The notes under the pieces: generated by a model | Told to the model about the DNA's origin: nothing | Seen by the model: only the letters and a program-made list of their open reading frames with translations | The model's database searches: none | Made by a program: the position numbers and the translations under genes | Part shown: positions 7,502 through 18,137 of the stretch, piece after piece | Numbering within the stretch: the first letter of the stretch is position 1 | Layout of the letters: each line of letters begins with the position of its first letter | Assembly: GCA_048939465.1 (NCBI GenBank) | Contig: JBHLPL010000009.1 | Span: forward strand, 308 to 32,307 | Direction of reading: 5' to 3' | DNA: 32,000 nt | Source of the DNA: Promethearchaeota archaeon | GTDB taxonomy: Archaea > Asgardarchaeota > Odinarchaeia > Odinarchaeales > JBHLKK01

Positions 7502-8593
7502 TTACAGTGCTAATGTTCCTCGCTTGATAACAGGCTTTCCATCTAGCTCAATAGTTGGTTGAGTGGCGGTGATTTGTTGATACCAACTAGTTTCATTCCT
7601 TCCATGCTGTGCTTTATTGTCGCCTATCGCTAACGTAACTGTTCCTAGGACGATTTCGTTCTCAATAAAACCGGTTTTGGCCTTTGGGTTCAAACCCAGC
7701 AGGAACAATCCTAGTCTGTCTTTGTCGCCTTTTGCGTTTTTCCAGCTTGATTTCATTGTTTCCACATTCTTGCTTCCTTCAAAGGACACTAGTCTTCCGT
7801 CTTTGAATTCCCAGGAAATACCATGGACTAGCTTGGCTGCAAACGCCTCAGGAATGTCTGAGACAAATCTCCCATTTACGCTTGCTTCCGAAGGTGCTAA
7901 TCCAACAACCCCACCAGGCAAAATGACTTCTAGATTCCCCTTTCTAACATCCTCTTCATCGACTATACCATCATGGATGAAGGTAGGTCTATCTTCCAAG
8001 CTGAAGTTTATGTCCGTTCCCGTTGGGGTCGTGATACGAACCGTCTTCGCCTTTTCCAAGATATTGCCGATCTTGGTTCCAAGTCTCTTGATCTCCTCAT
8101 ACTCCACATCTAAAGAACTAATAGCGCTCTTCTTCCATTCGTCATAGTTGAATCCGTAGACTTTTGCTCTTTGAGGCGTAACTAGTCCTAAACGAATATG
8201 TGCTGTCCGAACTCTTTTTTTAATCCACTTATCACGGTAGGACGTCCCTCCTTCGGAAGACGCAGCCCACCTTTCAGGATCAACTTGCTTCATCCTCTCG
8301 GGATTCTCAGGACCCCATACGTTGATTGAGGCAGTCTGTGCATCCAATAACGCCAGTTCAAGGGGGTTGGACATTTTCAGATAATCTAAGGGAAGGTTGA
8401 GCATATAATCATAGAAAGTCTCGTCTGTATCAATCTGCAAAATCGCTTGTGCTCCAGTTCTTCTGCACTCCAACACAAAGGCCTTTGCCAAATCAAGATT
8501 ATGAGGGTATGCATAGATTACAACATTATCCTCTTTCCCTATTCTTAGACAGGTATTGATGACTCGCTTCACAAATGAAGGTACTTCCAACAT
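7502..8593 (-). CDS. Aminopeptidase (M29/thermophilic metalloprotease-like)
   Basis: GTDINFSLEDR..DG...NLEVILPGG, LGLNP, HLA/TLAIGDN...HG-type C-terminal metal-binding region; 363 aa. Confidence 0.8.
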   Translation of the reverse strand: MLEVPSFVKRVINTCLRIGKEDNVVIYAYPHNLDLAKAFVLECRRTGAQAILQIDTDETFYDYMLNLPLDYLKMSNPLELALLDAQTASINVWGPENPERMKQVDPERWAASSEGGTSYRDKWIKKRVRTAHIRLGLVTPQRAKVYGFNYDEWKKSAISSLDVEYEEIKRLGTKIGNILEKAKTVRITTPTGTDINFSLEDRPTFIHDGIVDEEDVRKGNLEVILPGGVVGLAPSEASVNGRFVSDIPEAFAAKLVHGISWEFKDGRLVSFEGSKNVETMKSSWKNAKGDKDRLGLFLLGLNPKAKTGFIENEIVLGTVTLAIGDNKAQHGRNETSWYQQITATQPTIELDGKPVIKRGTLAL

Positions 8594-8928
8594 GGACCGT
8601 CCCTCTGACTTTTTTCCTATGAAGCGACCTATTCCACCGTCTGAGTATATAAGAATTGGCTCTGATGAGTTGAAGTGAGAAACACGACAGGTTGATTCCC
8701 AACCTCGCAGAATCTAGTCTATTCTGGCAGAACCGATACGAGACGATAAAAGCAGCATATGATTCTGGAGTACAATGGAATACATAATAAGACAGGAGAG
8801 TATAACTTCGACTCAAGCGAATCGCAGCCCACAACAGCAATCGAAGCAAGATTAATAGGCATGGACCATATGCCACCGATTTGCTCCGGGCCATCGAAAG
8901 CTTTTAGAAGGTTAACGCGTCTACAATT

Positions 8929-9540
8929 TTGTATCCATTTGGGGGTTTTGAATTGGAAGTCGAAAAATCATCCGAAAAAACGATAAATGAGGTTCAGTAT
9001 TGGATAAAACGACAGCTGAGAGACCCAATCACAAAAATATTGCTTCCCAAATCCAGTCTGACGGAAATACAGTTAAATACGCTTTTATTAGACCTCATGA
9101 CGGATTCAATTTCACACAGAAAATTGACCTATAGAGAGAAGGCAACTTTGAGAAGACTGAAAGTCGAGGCCAAGAACGAGGGGAAGAAAACAAAAAGAAA
9201 GGTAGTATCAACTGCGGATGGAGTATCACGAGGTGCTTTCAACAGGGTGTTAAGGCAAGCCAGGCGGAACGTGATCCGTTCAGTCTACACCATAATCCTA
9301 TTAGGGTACCTGGGCATTTTTGAAGAGCCTAAATTGCAGCCATACTTGGTTTTGGCTAAGGAATTGAGAGAATATGTCAAGACCTATGAAGAGGTTTGGA
9401 ATAAACACCAGAAACGAAAGACGAAGAAAAGTGAAATGGAATTACTGAGAACTTTTCAAGAGCACATCAAGGAGCTGGTGCAGAAACTTGGAGATCCGTT
9501 AGCACTAAAAGAAGGAATAGAAACGGATTATGAGGTGTAA
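8929..9540 (+). CDS. Conserved hypothetical protein, probable helical DNA-binding protein; start may be TTG ~8953
   Basis: 203-aa ORF; SSLTEIQLNTLL...GVSRGAFNRVLRQARRNV...YTIILLGYLG resembles an archaeal HTH-like uncharacterised family. Confidence 0.6.
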   Translation: MYPFGGFELEVEKSSEKTINEVQYWIKRQLRDPITKILLPKSSLTEIQLNTLLLDLMTDSISHRKLTYREKATLRRLKVEAKNEGKKTKRKVVSTADGVSRGAFNRVLRQARRNVIRSVYTIILLGYLGIFEEPKLQPYLVLAKELREYVKTYEEVWNKHQKRKTKKSEMELLRTFQEHIKELVQKLGDPLALKEGIETDYEV

Positions 9541-9735
9541 ACCGCTCCTCTGGTTTGGGGGACAATGGAATACGCAGTCATATATTGTATTTGACTCAGT
9601 CTATGTCTCATCTTCTCTCTCGCTTTTCCGGTCTTCACAGAGCCGAGCATTTGATAGGAAATCTCTGCATACAAAGCTAATCGAAATTAGAAAATATATT
9701 TAAATACATTGATTTGTATCTTTTTGTGACAAACT

Positions 9736-10143
9736 ATGACAGGAGATCGGATTTCAAGCCCGGATAGAAGACTAGAACGTTTGACTAAGAGCGGGATTTG
9801 TCCGGCCGAAAACTCCATGGAATATGCCAAAGAACTCAAAGAACTTGTCGACCAGATTATGGAAAAGAGCAATGTGAAGCTGCAGAGTAGATTCTTTAAG
9901 GCTTTGTCGGATATAACTCGGATTAAGATTCTGAAGTTGCTCAGTCTTAGGCGAATGTGTGTTTGTGAGATAATGATTGCTTTAGATTTAACCCAACCTA
10001 CAGCATCCCATCACTTACGTATTTTGGAGAACGTGGGAATCCTCAAGGATGAACGCAAGGGCAAATGGATTTTTTACAGTATAGCTAATCCAAAAACGGT
10101 CAAGGCTGTTGAAGAGATAGAGAACAGCATCTCAGGCGGTTAG
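9736..10143 (+). CDS. arsR: ArsR/SmtB family regulator
   Basis: FFKALSDITRIKIL...MCVCEI...QPTASHHLRIL...GKWIFY; adjacent to acr3. Confidence 0.9.
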   Translation: MTGDRISSPDRRLERLTKSGICPAENSMEYAKELKELVDQIMEKSNVKLQSRFFKALSDITRIKILKLLSLRRMCVCEIMIALDLTQPTASHHLRILENVGILKDERKGKWIFYSIANPKTVKAVEEIENSISGG

Positions 10144-10247
10144 AGAGTGTGTTCGTAAACTGTTTCTGCAAATATATCGAAAAACTTAAATATGTAAATA
10201 TGAAAACTGGACTTCTCTCCAAAAGAAGTTATTACTGATAGGCGGTT

Positions 10248-11285
10248 GTGGTCAAGATGGGCGACGAGAAAAGACTAGGTATCTTCGAGAAGTACCTGAC
10301 TTTGTGGATCGCCATATGTATAATTATTGGACTGTTGTTAGGTCGTTTTCTTCCTGCGTTTGGAGAGTATTTAGACTCTTTAAAAATCGGTCAGCTGTCC
10401 ATTCCTATTGGCATTTGTTTGTTCTTCATGATGTACCCCACAGTGGTTCAAATACGATTTGGAGACGTCATCAAAGCTTCAAAGAATCCAAAACCGCTTC
10501 TTCTAACTATAGCTGCAAATTGGGTTATCAATCCGCCTTTAGCAACACTTCTCGCAAACACATTTCTGGCGGGACAATCCGGCTTCATTGCGGGAGTCAT
10601 CTTACTAGGCATATCACCATGCACAGCGATGGTCATGTGGTGGATTATGCTCGCTCGTGGAGATCTAGGGCAAGGACTTGTGAACACAGCAATCAATGCG
10701 CTTCTGATGGTAGTCCTGTATGCTCCATTGGCAGCTTTCTATTTAGGTGTGAGTGCCATTCCTGTGCCATGGGATTTAATTGCCCTGAGTGTCCTGCTAT
10801 TTATAGCACTTCCAGTAGCGAGTGGGTCGATTTCACGTTGGGCAGTCATCAGACGTAAGGGTCAAGAATGGTTTGACGAAAAGTATGTGCCTGTCTGGGG
10901 AAAAATATCGATCATTGCCTTGCTAACTACATTGATCGTCATGTTCTCATTGGAAGGAGAGACTATCATTAATCAGCCTTTGACCGTGGCGTTGATTGCC
11001 GCACCATTACTGCTTGGTTATGCAATAATGGTTTCCTTAACCTATGTAGTTTCATGGTTTGCCAACTGGAAGTATGAATCGTCAATAACTAATGCACTCA
11101 TTGGCTCCAGTAGTCACTTCGAGGTTGCTATTGCTGTAGCAACAACCCTCTTTGGTATTGGCTCAGGTGCAGCACTAGCTACAGTCATAGGTCCTCTTAT
11201 GGAAGTTCCTATAATGCTCCTCTTAGTAAAGGTAGGTCTGCGGACAAGGCGATATTTCCCCAGGAATAAAATCAGTGAAGAATAG
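10248..11285 (+). CDS. acr3: Acr3 arsenite efflux transporter
   Basis: FEKYLTLWI, MMYP, SPCTAMV, SSHFEVAIAVA, GPLMEVP motifs; multi-TM. Confidence 0.94.
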   Translation: MVKMGDEKRLGIFEKYLTLWIAICIIIGLLLGRFLPAFGEYLDSLKIGQLSIPIGICLFFMMYPTVVQIRFGDVIKASKNPKPLLLTIAANWVINPPLATLLANTFLAGQSGFIAGVILLGISPCTAMVMWWIMLARGDLGQGLVNTAINALLMVVLYAPLAAFYLGVSAIPVPWDLIALSVLLFIALPVASGSISRWAVIRRKGQEWFDEKYVPVWGKISIIALLTTLIVMFSLEGETIINQPLTVALIAAPLLLGYAIMVSLTYVVSWFANWKYESSITNALIGSSSHFEVAIAVATTLFGIGSGAALATVIGPLMEVPIMLLLVKVGLRTRRYFPRNKISEE

Positions 11286-11356
11286 TAATTAGATATCAGT
11301 ATTAACTCAGAGCCTCAGATCTAAACAGAAGAAACACCGACACATCATAAATTAGC

Positions 11357-11719
11357 TTATAATGTTTTTTCAAACATCCCGAGGATGCGTTTCTTGGTTT
11401 CAGGGTAACCAACTTCAAGGGCTTCACGTATGATAACGGAAGGCTTCGCAAAGGGTTTTGCCATAAAATCTTCGCCGAGAACTTCCACAACCCTATCGAT
11501 ATCCTTCTTTATGTGTTTCGGGATCCAGATTGAGATTTTGATCATTTCTGGTGTTTCAGTGACTCCGGCGGACTCCCCCGTTTCTAGAGATTGTAACTTC
11601 GAGCTGTCTCGTTCTCTTACAATACTATCCCATTTACCAGCAATATCTGAAGCTTTCCCTCCATCAACTTTCTTAAATCTGGATGAAAAAATATCTTTGC
11701 TTCCCTTTTTCTTCGCCAT
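11357..11719 (-). CDS. Small protein with probable C-terminal ribbon-helix-helix fold
   Basis: Low-complexity basic N-terminus, then KISIWIPKHIKKDIDRVV...PSVIIREALE (strand-helix-helix pattern). Confidence 0.6.
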   Translation of the reverse strand: MAKKKGSKDIFSSRFKKVDGGKASDIAGKWDSIVRERDSSKLQSLETGESAGVTETPEMIKISIWIPKHIKKDIDRVVEVLGEDFMAKPFAKPSVIIREALEVGYPETKKRILGMFEKTL

Positions 11720-11783
11720 TTTTATCCCCCGTTATCCTACGTCAGAACACAACGTAATACAAACTAGGATAATGTAATACGTA

Positions 11784-12698
11784 CTATATTAGTCTTTGCA
11801 TAGCGCTTTCCACAATCTCAGGAGTAATTGATAAATCGCCACCCGGATTTTCAATACGGACGTCGATGCACAAGGCACACAATTTCCTAACGGTTCTTGG
11901 ATGTCCTTTGCTAAGTTTGTGGATAGTCTCAACAGCTTCTGGGGTGAAAGGATGTATTGCAGTACCACTGATTTCTTTATAGTCCTCACCCTTTGCAAAA
12001 GCGATCCACCTAGCTATGAATTCTGCAGTCTCTTTGAAGTCAAAACCCACTAACGGATATTTTATCAGTATTCTATCGACAAGGGGTTCCATAGTAGGGA
12101 TGGAAAGACGCCGGAAAATTTCGTGCGTTGCCAGAAGGATTATCTTGCAGGCCTTTCGTCCATCATATTCAATGTCGCTAAATTGCTTCAACGTATCAAG
12201 GTTTGGTATGCTGAGTTTCTGAGCCTCATCCACAATTACCAGAGTTTGCAGTCCCTTCGTGGCCGAGAGTTCATAAATCTCCTGCAAAATCATAGAGACT
12301 ACGGCTTCCCTATTATTCCATTTACTTCCGAAGTCTATCTCAAGATCGTCCCCGATTAATCTCAGAAGCTGAAGATCGGTATATCGTCCGGGATCGTCCA
12401 CAACAATAAACTTGAACTTTCTGCTAATTTCAGGATCTTCTTCTAATTCTGTTACCATTTCACGCCTAAAACAAGATTTACCAATACCTGCATCAGCATA
12501 AATGAGGATAATCTGGCTCTTCTCTCCGTTGAGAGCTTGGGCTATTTGAATAATACATTCCTCATTATTATCTACGTACGTTCTCGGATCCGGAAGTTCA
12601 ACATCAGGAAAGGCAGGCCTCTCCCACCCTAAAATTTCGTAATATTTTGCTCTAGCTACGGCCAGATCCTTTACTCTCCCCACAAACGGTTCTCGCAT
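11784..12698 (-). CDS. ExeA/GspA-like (AAA_22) ATPase
   Basis: ERPAFPDVELPDP N-terminus, Walker A ADAGIGKS, Walker B LVIVDEAQKL, C-terminal FTPEAVETIHKLSKGHPRTVRKLC. Confidence 0.85.
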   Translation of the reverse strand: MREPFVGRVKDLAVARAKYYEILGWERPAFPDVELPDPRTYVDNNEECIIQIAQALNGEKSQIILIYADAGIGKSCFRREMVTELEEDPEISRKFKFIVVDDPGRYTDLQLLRLIGDDLEIDFGSKWNNREAVVSMILQEIYELSATKGLQTLVIVDEAQKLSIPNLDTLKQFSDIEYDGRKACKIILLATHEIFRRLSIPTMEPLVDRILIKYPLVGFDFKETAEFIARWIAFAKGEDYKEISGTAIHPFTPEAVETIHKLSKGHPRTVRKLCALCIDVRIENPGGDLSITPEIVESAMQRLI

Positions 12699-13053
12699 CT
12701 ACCTTCCCTCACAACATCGATAATCCGTTGTGTTCTAATGTAATACCTTATCCTATATCGGAATACATGCCATCAGCGCATTTTGCTAAGAGAGGATATA
12801 CACCTTTCACTTAAAAAACTAGGCGCATCAGACAGTACTAGAAAGATGTGTAAATTAGAAAAAAGATTTCTGTGACGGATTCCCCACTAGATTTCCTACC
12901 GCGAAGACTAGGGGGGGGAAGAAAAAAGCATGAGGCTTTCACCAAACGGATGACTTGGCAAGTTGAGTAGGTCATGTAAACACAAACAGGATCTTATGAA
13001 GAACCAGAAGATATTCACTTATGTAGCCACAGGGTGTGAAAGAAATTGCATTG

Positions 13054-13611
13054 TTAGATAGTGCAAGGCAGAATTATAGCTCCATCACAGCTTTCGAAGG
13101 TAATCGTTTTGTGTTCGTGGTGCAACTTGGCCGTAAATGCACCAGTTATTGCATCCAGTTCGTGCAACGAAACCCCCATCTCTATCCCGCCGTAACCCAG
13201 TTCCTGAAAGGCGTTAATGATTCTTGCTTTGTTACGCAAGGGAAATCCCAGAGCCTTCCTAGCGGAGAGGGGGTGTGTTTCCGTCACATAAATATCATAT
13301 TCCCTCAAATCCCTAGCCAGCCTTACGCCGCGATATGTTAGGGAACGCATAGCACCAAAAAGAGGAGGAAATAACCTGTAACCACTCTTTATGAGCTTTA
13401 AATCCACATCTCTAAATGAGCCATTACTGGGCAAAGAGAGCGGAGCATCAATAGCAACCACTGTTGGTTTTTCGCGAATTGTAGCGTCAAGAATCTCTGA
13501 ATTTTCATAGACCGACTTTGAAGTAAAGCATTTATCCTCGAGGATTGCCCATCCAGTAGGATTTTTCGGAATTCCTGCCAGATCAATGCCTACAAATCTA
13601 AACTTCATCTT
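13054..13611 (-). CDS. DUF429 family RNase H-like fold protein
   Basis: FVGIDLAG...TGWA, VAIDAPLSLP, R.VD..L, ETHP, LDAI; likely start at MKFRF. Confidence 0.8.
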   Translation of the reverse strand, partial: KMKFRFVGIDLAGIPKNPTGWAILEDKCFTSKSVYENSEILDATIREKPTVVAIDAPLSLPSNGSFRDVDLKLIKSGYRLFPPLFGAMRSLTYRGVRLARDLREYDIYVTETHPLSARKALGFPLRNKARIINAFQELGYGGIEMGVSLHELDAITGAFTAKLHHEHKTITFESCDGAIILPCTI

Positions 13612-13790
13612 GCACAGCTCTTTCATCCTATATTGCATTCTTATATATTACAATATATGACGACATAAGACATCATATTATCAAGTACTGTGCTCGTTAG
13701 GCTTTCAGGAGCCACACCATAAAGTTATTTTAGTCAAAAGAATGTTAGGAATTAGGTGTATTAGGTTTACTGTTACAGAAGTGAAAGACT

Positions 13791-15317
13791 TTGGGTTGTG
13801 AAACAGACAAGCTATTGAAAGCAGTGTTGGATGAGGGGTTTCAGATTTCACCTGAAGCACTCAACTCATTAAGCGTCATAGACAATCCAGAGGAACTGAT
13901 TGCAGGAATAATCGGCAAAATAAAAGGGATGGCCGAAAAGCCACTAGTCATTACCAAGGAGCTAATCGAGCAAGAGGTACCGTTCAGAGAAAGAAGGAAA
14001 CCGGTTGAGGAGATCAGACCCTTACCAGTCAGCATTACAGGCAGGAGGAAATTCAAACCCATTGCAAAGGAAATTGACCCAGAAATAGAGGTTCTCCGTG
14101 ATCCAACAGGGAAACTGCACGGAAGGGGAAGGGTAGAGGACTTCATAGATTATTTTAGGGACAGGTACAACCGCCTATACAAACTGTTCCTTCAAAGAGG
14201 AGATCTAAACGTCGTACCGATAGCCGACCTTCCCAACTACAAGAATAGGGAGACCGTAAGAATCATTGCAATGGTGACCTCTAAGAGACAGACTAAAACC
14301 GGGAAGCTGATGCTAGAAGTGGAAGATTTGCAATCAAGCATCCGGGCCATCGTTCCTATGTTAAACGAGCAGCTTGCGGAAAAGGCAGCCCGCATAATGC
14401 TTGATCAAGTGTTATGTATTGAAGGGTTTATGAATGGAAATCTCTTGGTTGCAACAGACATAATGTGGCTAAATACGCCAACACATCATGCACCCAAGAA
14501 AGCAAATGTCCCCATATGTGCAGTACTAATATCGGACACACACATAGGCAATCAGACATTTTTAGAAGACGCATTCAACAGATTCATATCATGGATGAGG
14601 GGAAAAACAGGAAGCGAAAAGCAAAGGGAAATCGCAGGACAAGTGAAGTATCTACTAATAGCCGGAGATATTGTAGACGGCATCGGCATATATCCAGGTC
14701 AAGAGAAGGAGCTCGCGATCAAAGATATCTACGAGCAATACAATGTTTCAGCTGGATTCATAGAACAAATACCGGAGTATGTAGAAATAATAATAATCCC
14801 TGGAAACCACGATGCCACAAGACAGGCGTTACCACAACCAGCTATCCCAGAGAAATACTCAAGGCCCCTTCATCAAATATCCAACGTAAGAATGCTGGGC
14901 AACCCATCACAGGTCAAATTGCATGGGGTTAATTTTCTACTGTGCCACGGTAGAAGTCTGGACGACGTAGCTGCAACAATTCCTCGTATCAGTATGAATA
15001 AGTCTGCAGAAGTGATGAAGGAGCTCCTAATAGGAAGGCACTTGGCACCACAGTTCGGCAACGTGGTACAAATCGCCCCTGAAGAACGGGACTGGCTCGT
15101 AATTGAAGATATACCTGATGTATTTCATGCAGGACATGTTCACATAAGTGGGCAACGTAGATACAGAAACGTAACTCTGGTGAATTCTGGGACTTGGCAA
15201 AGTCAAACAGACTATCAAAGGAGAAGGGGGATAATCCCAACCCCAGGGAAGGCACACATTTTCAATCTTCAATCTCATCAGTCACTAATAATGAACTTTC
15301 TCGAGACCTGTGAATAA
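13791..15317 (+). CDS. polD1: DNA polymerase D small subunit (DP1)
   Basis: OB fold plus calcineurin-like motifs SDTHIG, AGDIVDGIGIYPGQ, PGNHDA, HGRSLDD, RHLAP, HAGHVH, NSGTWQ. Confidence 0.96.
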   Translation: MGCETDKLLKAVLDEGFQISPEALNSLSVIDNPEELIAGIIGKIKGMAEKPLVITKELIEQEVPFRERRKPVEEIRPLPVSITGRRKFKPIAKEIDPEIEVLRDPTGKLHGRGRVEDFIDYFRDRYNRLYKLFLQRGDLNVVPIADLPNYKNRETVRIIAMVTSKRQTKTGKLMLEVEDLQSSIRAIVPMLNEQLAEKAARIMLDQVLCIEGFMNGNLLVATDIMWLNTPTHHAPKKANVPICAVLISDTHIGNQTFLEDAFNRFISWMRGKTGSEKQREIAGQVKYLLIAGDIVDGIGIYPGQEKELAIKDIYEQYNVSAGFIEQIPEYVEIIIIPGNHDATRQALPQPAIPEKYSRPLHQISNVRMLGNPSQVKLHGVNFLLCHGRSLDDVAATIPRISMNKSAEVMKELLIGRHLAPQFGNVVQIAPEERDWLVIEDIPDVFHAGHVHISGQRRYRNVTLVNSGTWQSQTDYQRRRGIIPTPGKAHIFNLQSHQSLIMNFLETCE

Positions 15318-15433
15318 AGACAGGCACGTAACAGGCGAGTATATCGTATAAAGTATGACGTTATCCTATGTTGGGAGAATATCAGACGGCGTATGACATT
15401 ATGCTACATAGTATTACTTTCTCATATGCAGCG

Positions 15434-16273
15434 TCATCTGACATACTCTGCGACTATCATCCCGTAGTAAGTAGGGTTCGCCCTTGCCAGCACGTTAGAT
15501 CGGAAATCGGCACCTTCAAGCATACCTTGAAGAATAACAAAACCGACATAGCCACAGCATAACGCGCTCTCCAACTTGAGACTAGCATTTCCAAGAAGAA
15601 GGCTTTCATCCATAGTAGATGCCCACTTCTCTATTGTACTATCAAAGGTTTTGGCCGCTTCTGAGAAACCGTAAGGTCCATCACGTGAATGTGTGTGAGC
15701 GAGATCAGCACTGATAATCACGACTGCTTTCCTCCTCTGCGACTCGAAAAAGGATTTTAGATACTTCCCTAAAGCCAAAGATTCAGGAACCATCTCTTTT
15801 GCTTCACTATATCTTCTCGTCGGCTGAGACATTATTATGTACTTCGTCTCTTTTGACAAGCCTCTTAAGAACCATAGAGGCACCACTTCCCCCCATCGGA
15901 GGGGGGCATCAACACTCGCACTAAATGCAGATATTCCGCTCACAAGAGCTCCCCTTTTCCTGAGATACTCCAACAGTCTTCCTGCTTGTTCTTGATCAAA
16001 TTCCACACAGACTCTATATTCCTTATACTCATTATCCCACTCAGCGCTTCCACTTCCAGCTGAATTCAAATAAATTCCAAAATCTCGAGATAATGCAATA
16101 CCATGGGGCGAAGTCAGAAAAACCAGGCTCGGTTTAAGGTTAATAATCGTGTTAGAAGCATCGACCATGGCATTGTGAAGTCTTATAGCCTCCTTTTGAA
16201 CTGCCTTCTTCTTCGGGTCTAATATCATTGAACCGTGTGGAACGATAAAAGCACCAACCATTGGCATATCCAA
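15434..16273 (-). CDS. LigB/Memo-like (class III extradiol dioxygenase subunit B) protein
   Basis: PHG, SPHG, WGEVVPL, IISADLAH, FD, CG pattern. Confidence 0.75.
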   Translation of the reverse strand: MDMPMVGAFIVPHGSMILDPKKKAVQKEAIRLHNAMVDASNTIINLKPSLVFLTSPHGIALSRDFGIYLNSAGSGSAEWDNEYKEYRVCVEFDQEQAGRLLEYLRKRGALVSGISAFSASVDAPLRWGEVVPLWFLRGLSKETKYIIMSQPTRRYSEAKEMVPESLALGKYLKSFFESQRRKAVVIISADLAHTHSRDGPYGFSEAAKTFDSTIEKWASTMDESLLLGNASLKLESALCCGYVGFVILQGMLEGADFRSNVLARANPTYYGMIVAEYVR

Positions 16274-16355
16274 ACCTCCTTACTTCGATCCAGATTGATC
16301 TGATGGCAAACACGAATTCAAACGCTGGAGAACCGTAACGGAAAAAGCCGGAGAA

Positions 16356-17588
16356 TCAATCACAGGGTACGTTCGGAATAAAACCTATGCACCTCTTAAT
16401 TCTATAGTCCGCTTCCAGAGACTCCTTAACCTGAGAGTCTGTAATGCTCAAAGCTACGCGTTTAGTCCTACCATAGCGGCCCTTACTAACGACCTTAACC
16501 CCGATTATACCCAACGTGTCAAGTTCATTTATCAAGTCATTGACGCGTCTCTGAGTCAAAGAGTCCATGTGTAGCATCTGTGAAAGATCCAAGTACACCT
16601 TGAAAATATTCCGAGTTACTATCTCTGAGCATCCGTGCTTCTCGAGCAAGTAAATACTATACAATACAAGTTTCTGCTGAATCGGAAGTGTAGTTAATGC
16701 CTCTAAGATCGTATCGCGATCAATCTCATGCAGGGCACGCCTTACGTAGCTCTCCGTAATCTTTTTAGCCCCCTCTCTCTCACCCAACTCCCCGGCAACA
16801 CGAAGGAGATCCAAAGCCCTTCTTGCATCTCCGTGTTCTCTAGCTGCTAGAGCAGAACAAAGGTTGACCACACCGAATTCCAACACACCGTTGTAGAATC
16901 CCATTTCAGCCCTCTGGCTGAGAATATCCTGAAGTTCTAGGGCACTATATGGGGGAAAGACGATCTCTTCCTCGCTAAGGCTACTCAAAACCCGGGAGTC
17001 CAAATAGTCTTTGAATTTAAGGTCATTAGTAATCCCGACGATGCTCACACTCGCTTTCTTAAGCTGAGTATTTATCCTGGTTAAACCATACAAAATATCC
17101 GTACCACTTTTCTTCACCAGGATATCAACTTCATCCAGGACTATTATCATCAGTTGTTTCTTGGAATCGAGGTTCTTTTTGAACCTAGAGAAAACAGTAT
17201 AGGACGACAGACCAGTAGAGGGGATATTCGAGCTAACTTTGTCCGCCAGCTTTGTCAGAGCACGGTAATTAGTATCGACCATGCGACAGTTGACATAGGC
17301 GTAGATGGGAGCAGGTACCCCCAGTTTAAGGCTCTTATCTGATAGGCGTTCGAGAACATACTTCGTCACAGCGGTTTTACCCGTTCCAGTCTTACCATAA
17401 ACAAAAACATTGGAAGGCGTGCCGTCTTTCAGTGCTGAGGCGAGGATGACTCCGACCCTCGTAATCTGTTCCTCTCTGTGAGGGAGTTCCTTTGGAACGA
17501 AAGTTGGTCGCATCACATCACGATTCTTGAATACTTTGCCAGAAAGGAACTTCTCGAACGTTTCATCTAGACTTTCACCGTACACCAT
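16356..17588 (-). CDS. cdc6: Orc1/Cdc6 replication initiator
   Basis: PKELPHREEQI, Walker A GKTGTGKT, Walker B IIVLDEVD, HGDARRALDLLR, C-terminal wH with GRYGRT. Start probably MVYG (17588) rather than 17669. Confidence 0.96.
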   Translation of the reverse strand: MVYGESLDETFEKFLSGKVFKNRDVMRPTFVPKELPHREEQITRVGVILASALKDGTPSNVFVYGKTGTGKTAVTKYVLERLSDKSLKLGVPAPIYAYVNCRMVDTNYRALTKLADKVSSNIPSTGLSSYTVFSRFKKNLDSKKQLMIIVLDEVDILVKKSGTDILYGLTRINTQLKKASVSIVGITNDLKFKDYLDSRVLSSLSEEEIVFPPYSALELQDILSQRAEMGFYNGVLEFGVVNLCSALAAREHGDARRALDLLRVAGELGEREGAKKITESYVRRALHEIDRDTILEALTTLPIQQKLVLYSIYLLEKHGCSEIVTRNIFKVYLDLSQMLHMDSLTQRRVNDLINELDTLGIIGVKVVSKGRYGRTKRVALSITDSQVKESLEADYRIKRCIGFIPNVPCD

Positions 17589-18137
17589 TAGTAAAGCCCT
17601 CCCAGACCCACCAAAAATGAAGTTGAAACTCTTAGTGTATTTTTCATTTTTAAGCGGTTTGCTTCTCACTCATAACGAAACGACACGACGACGAACAAAC
17701 ACAATAACGCCGGACATATATGAATTCACACGCGCCAATAACAATTCCACTGTGCTTCAATCCCCTGCCAATCGCCATGTAATTAATAAGCAGATTCACA
17801 CTAGGCGCCAGACCATGTGAACCCCAGTGACGGAGTTGACGATTAAAATGCGGTTTTCGTATGATGGCGCTGAAGAAGGGCAAATTTCATTCTGAAGGCC
17901 GACTAGGTTGCTTTCATTAGAAAAAGACAAAAGATTCGCTCATTAAATTCCAGCAAAACGTTCACACAATGTGTACATGTGAACATCCGATAAGGCCATA
18001 AAGGGGCCATATCCTCAAAAAAGACTTTTTGTCGGAGCTTTGTCGGCCCCCATCGTTCACAGATAAACATAAATAATAAGTTGATAGAGTAGATACAGCA
18101 ATGTTGGCATGACAGCGCCGGATGGGAGAAAGACGCA

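Noticed and set aside
8662-8682. Hammerhead-like CTGATGA...GAAA
   Set aside because: Stem II cannot pair and stems I/III are not evident.
12880-12920. GC-rich hairpin TTCCCCACTAG/CTAGGGGGGGGAA as a mobile-element end
   Set aside because: No partner end or target duplication found on the other side of the ATPase-RHH pair; function undetermined.
17948-17960. Mini-ORB-like TTCCAGCAAAACG upstream of cdc6
   Set aside because: Single degenerate copy without a G-string; far weaker than the ORBs at 19473 and 19644.
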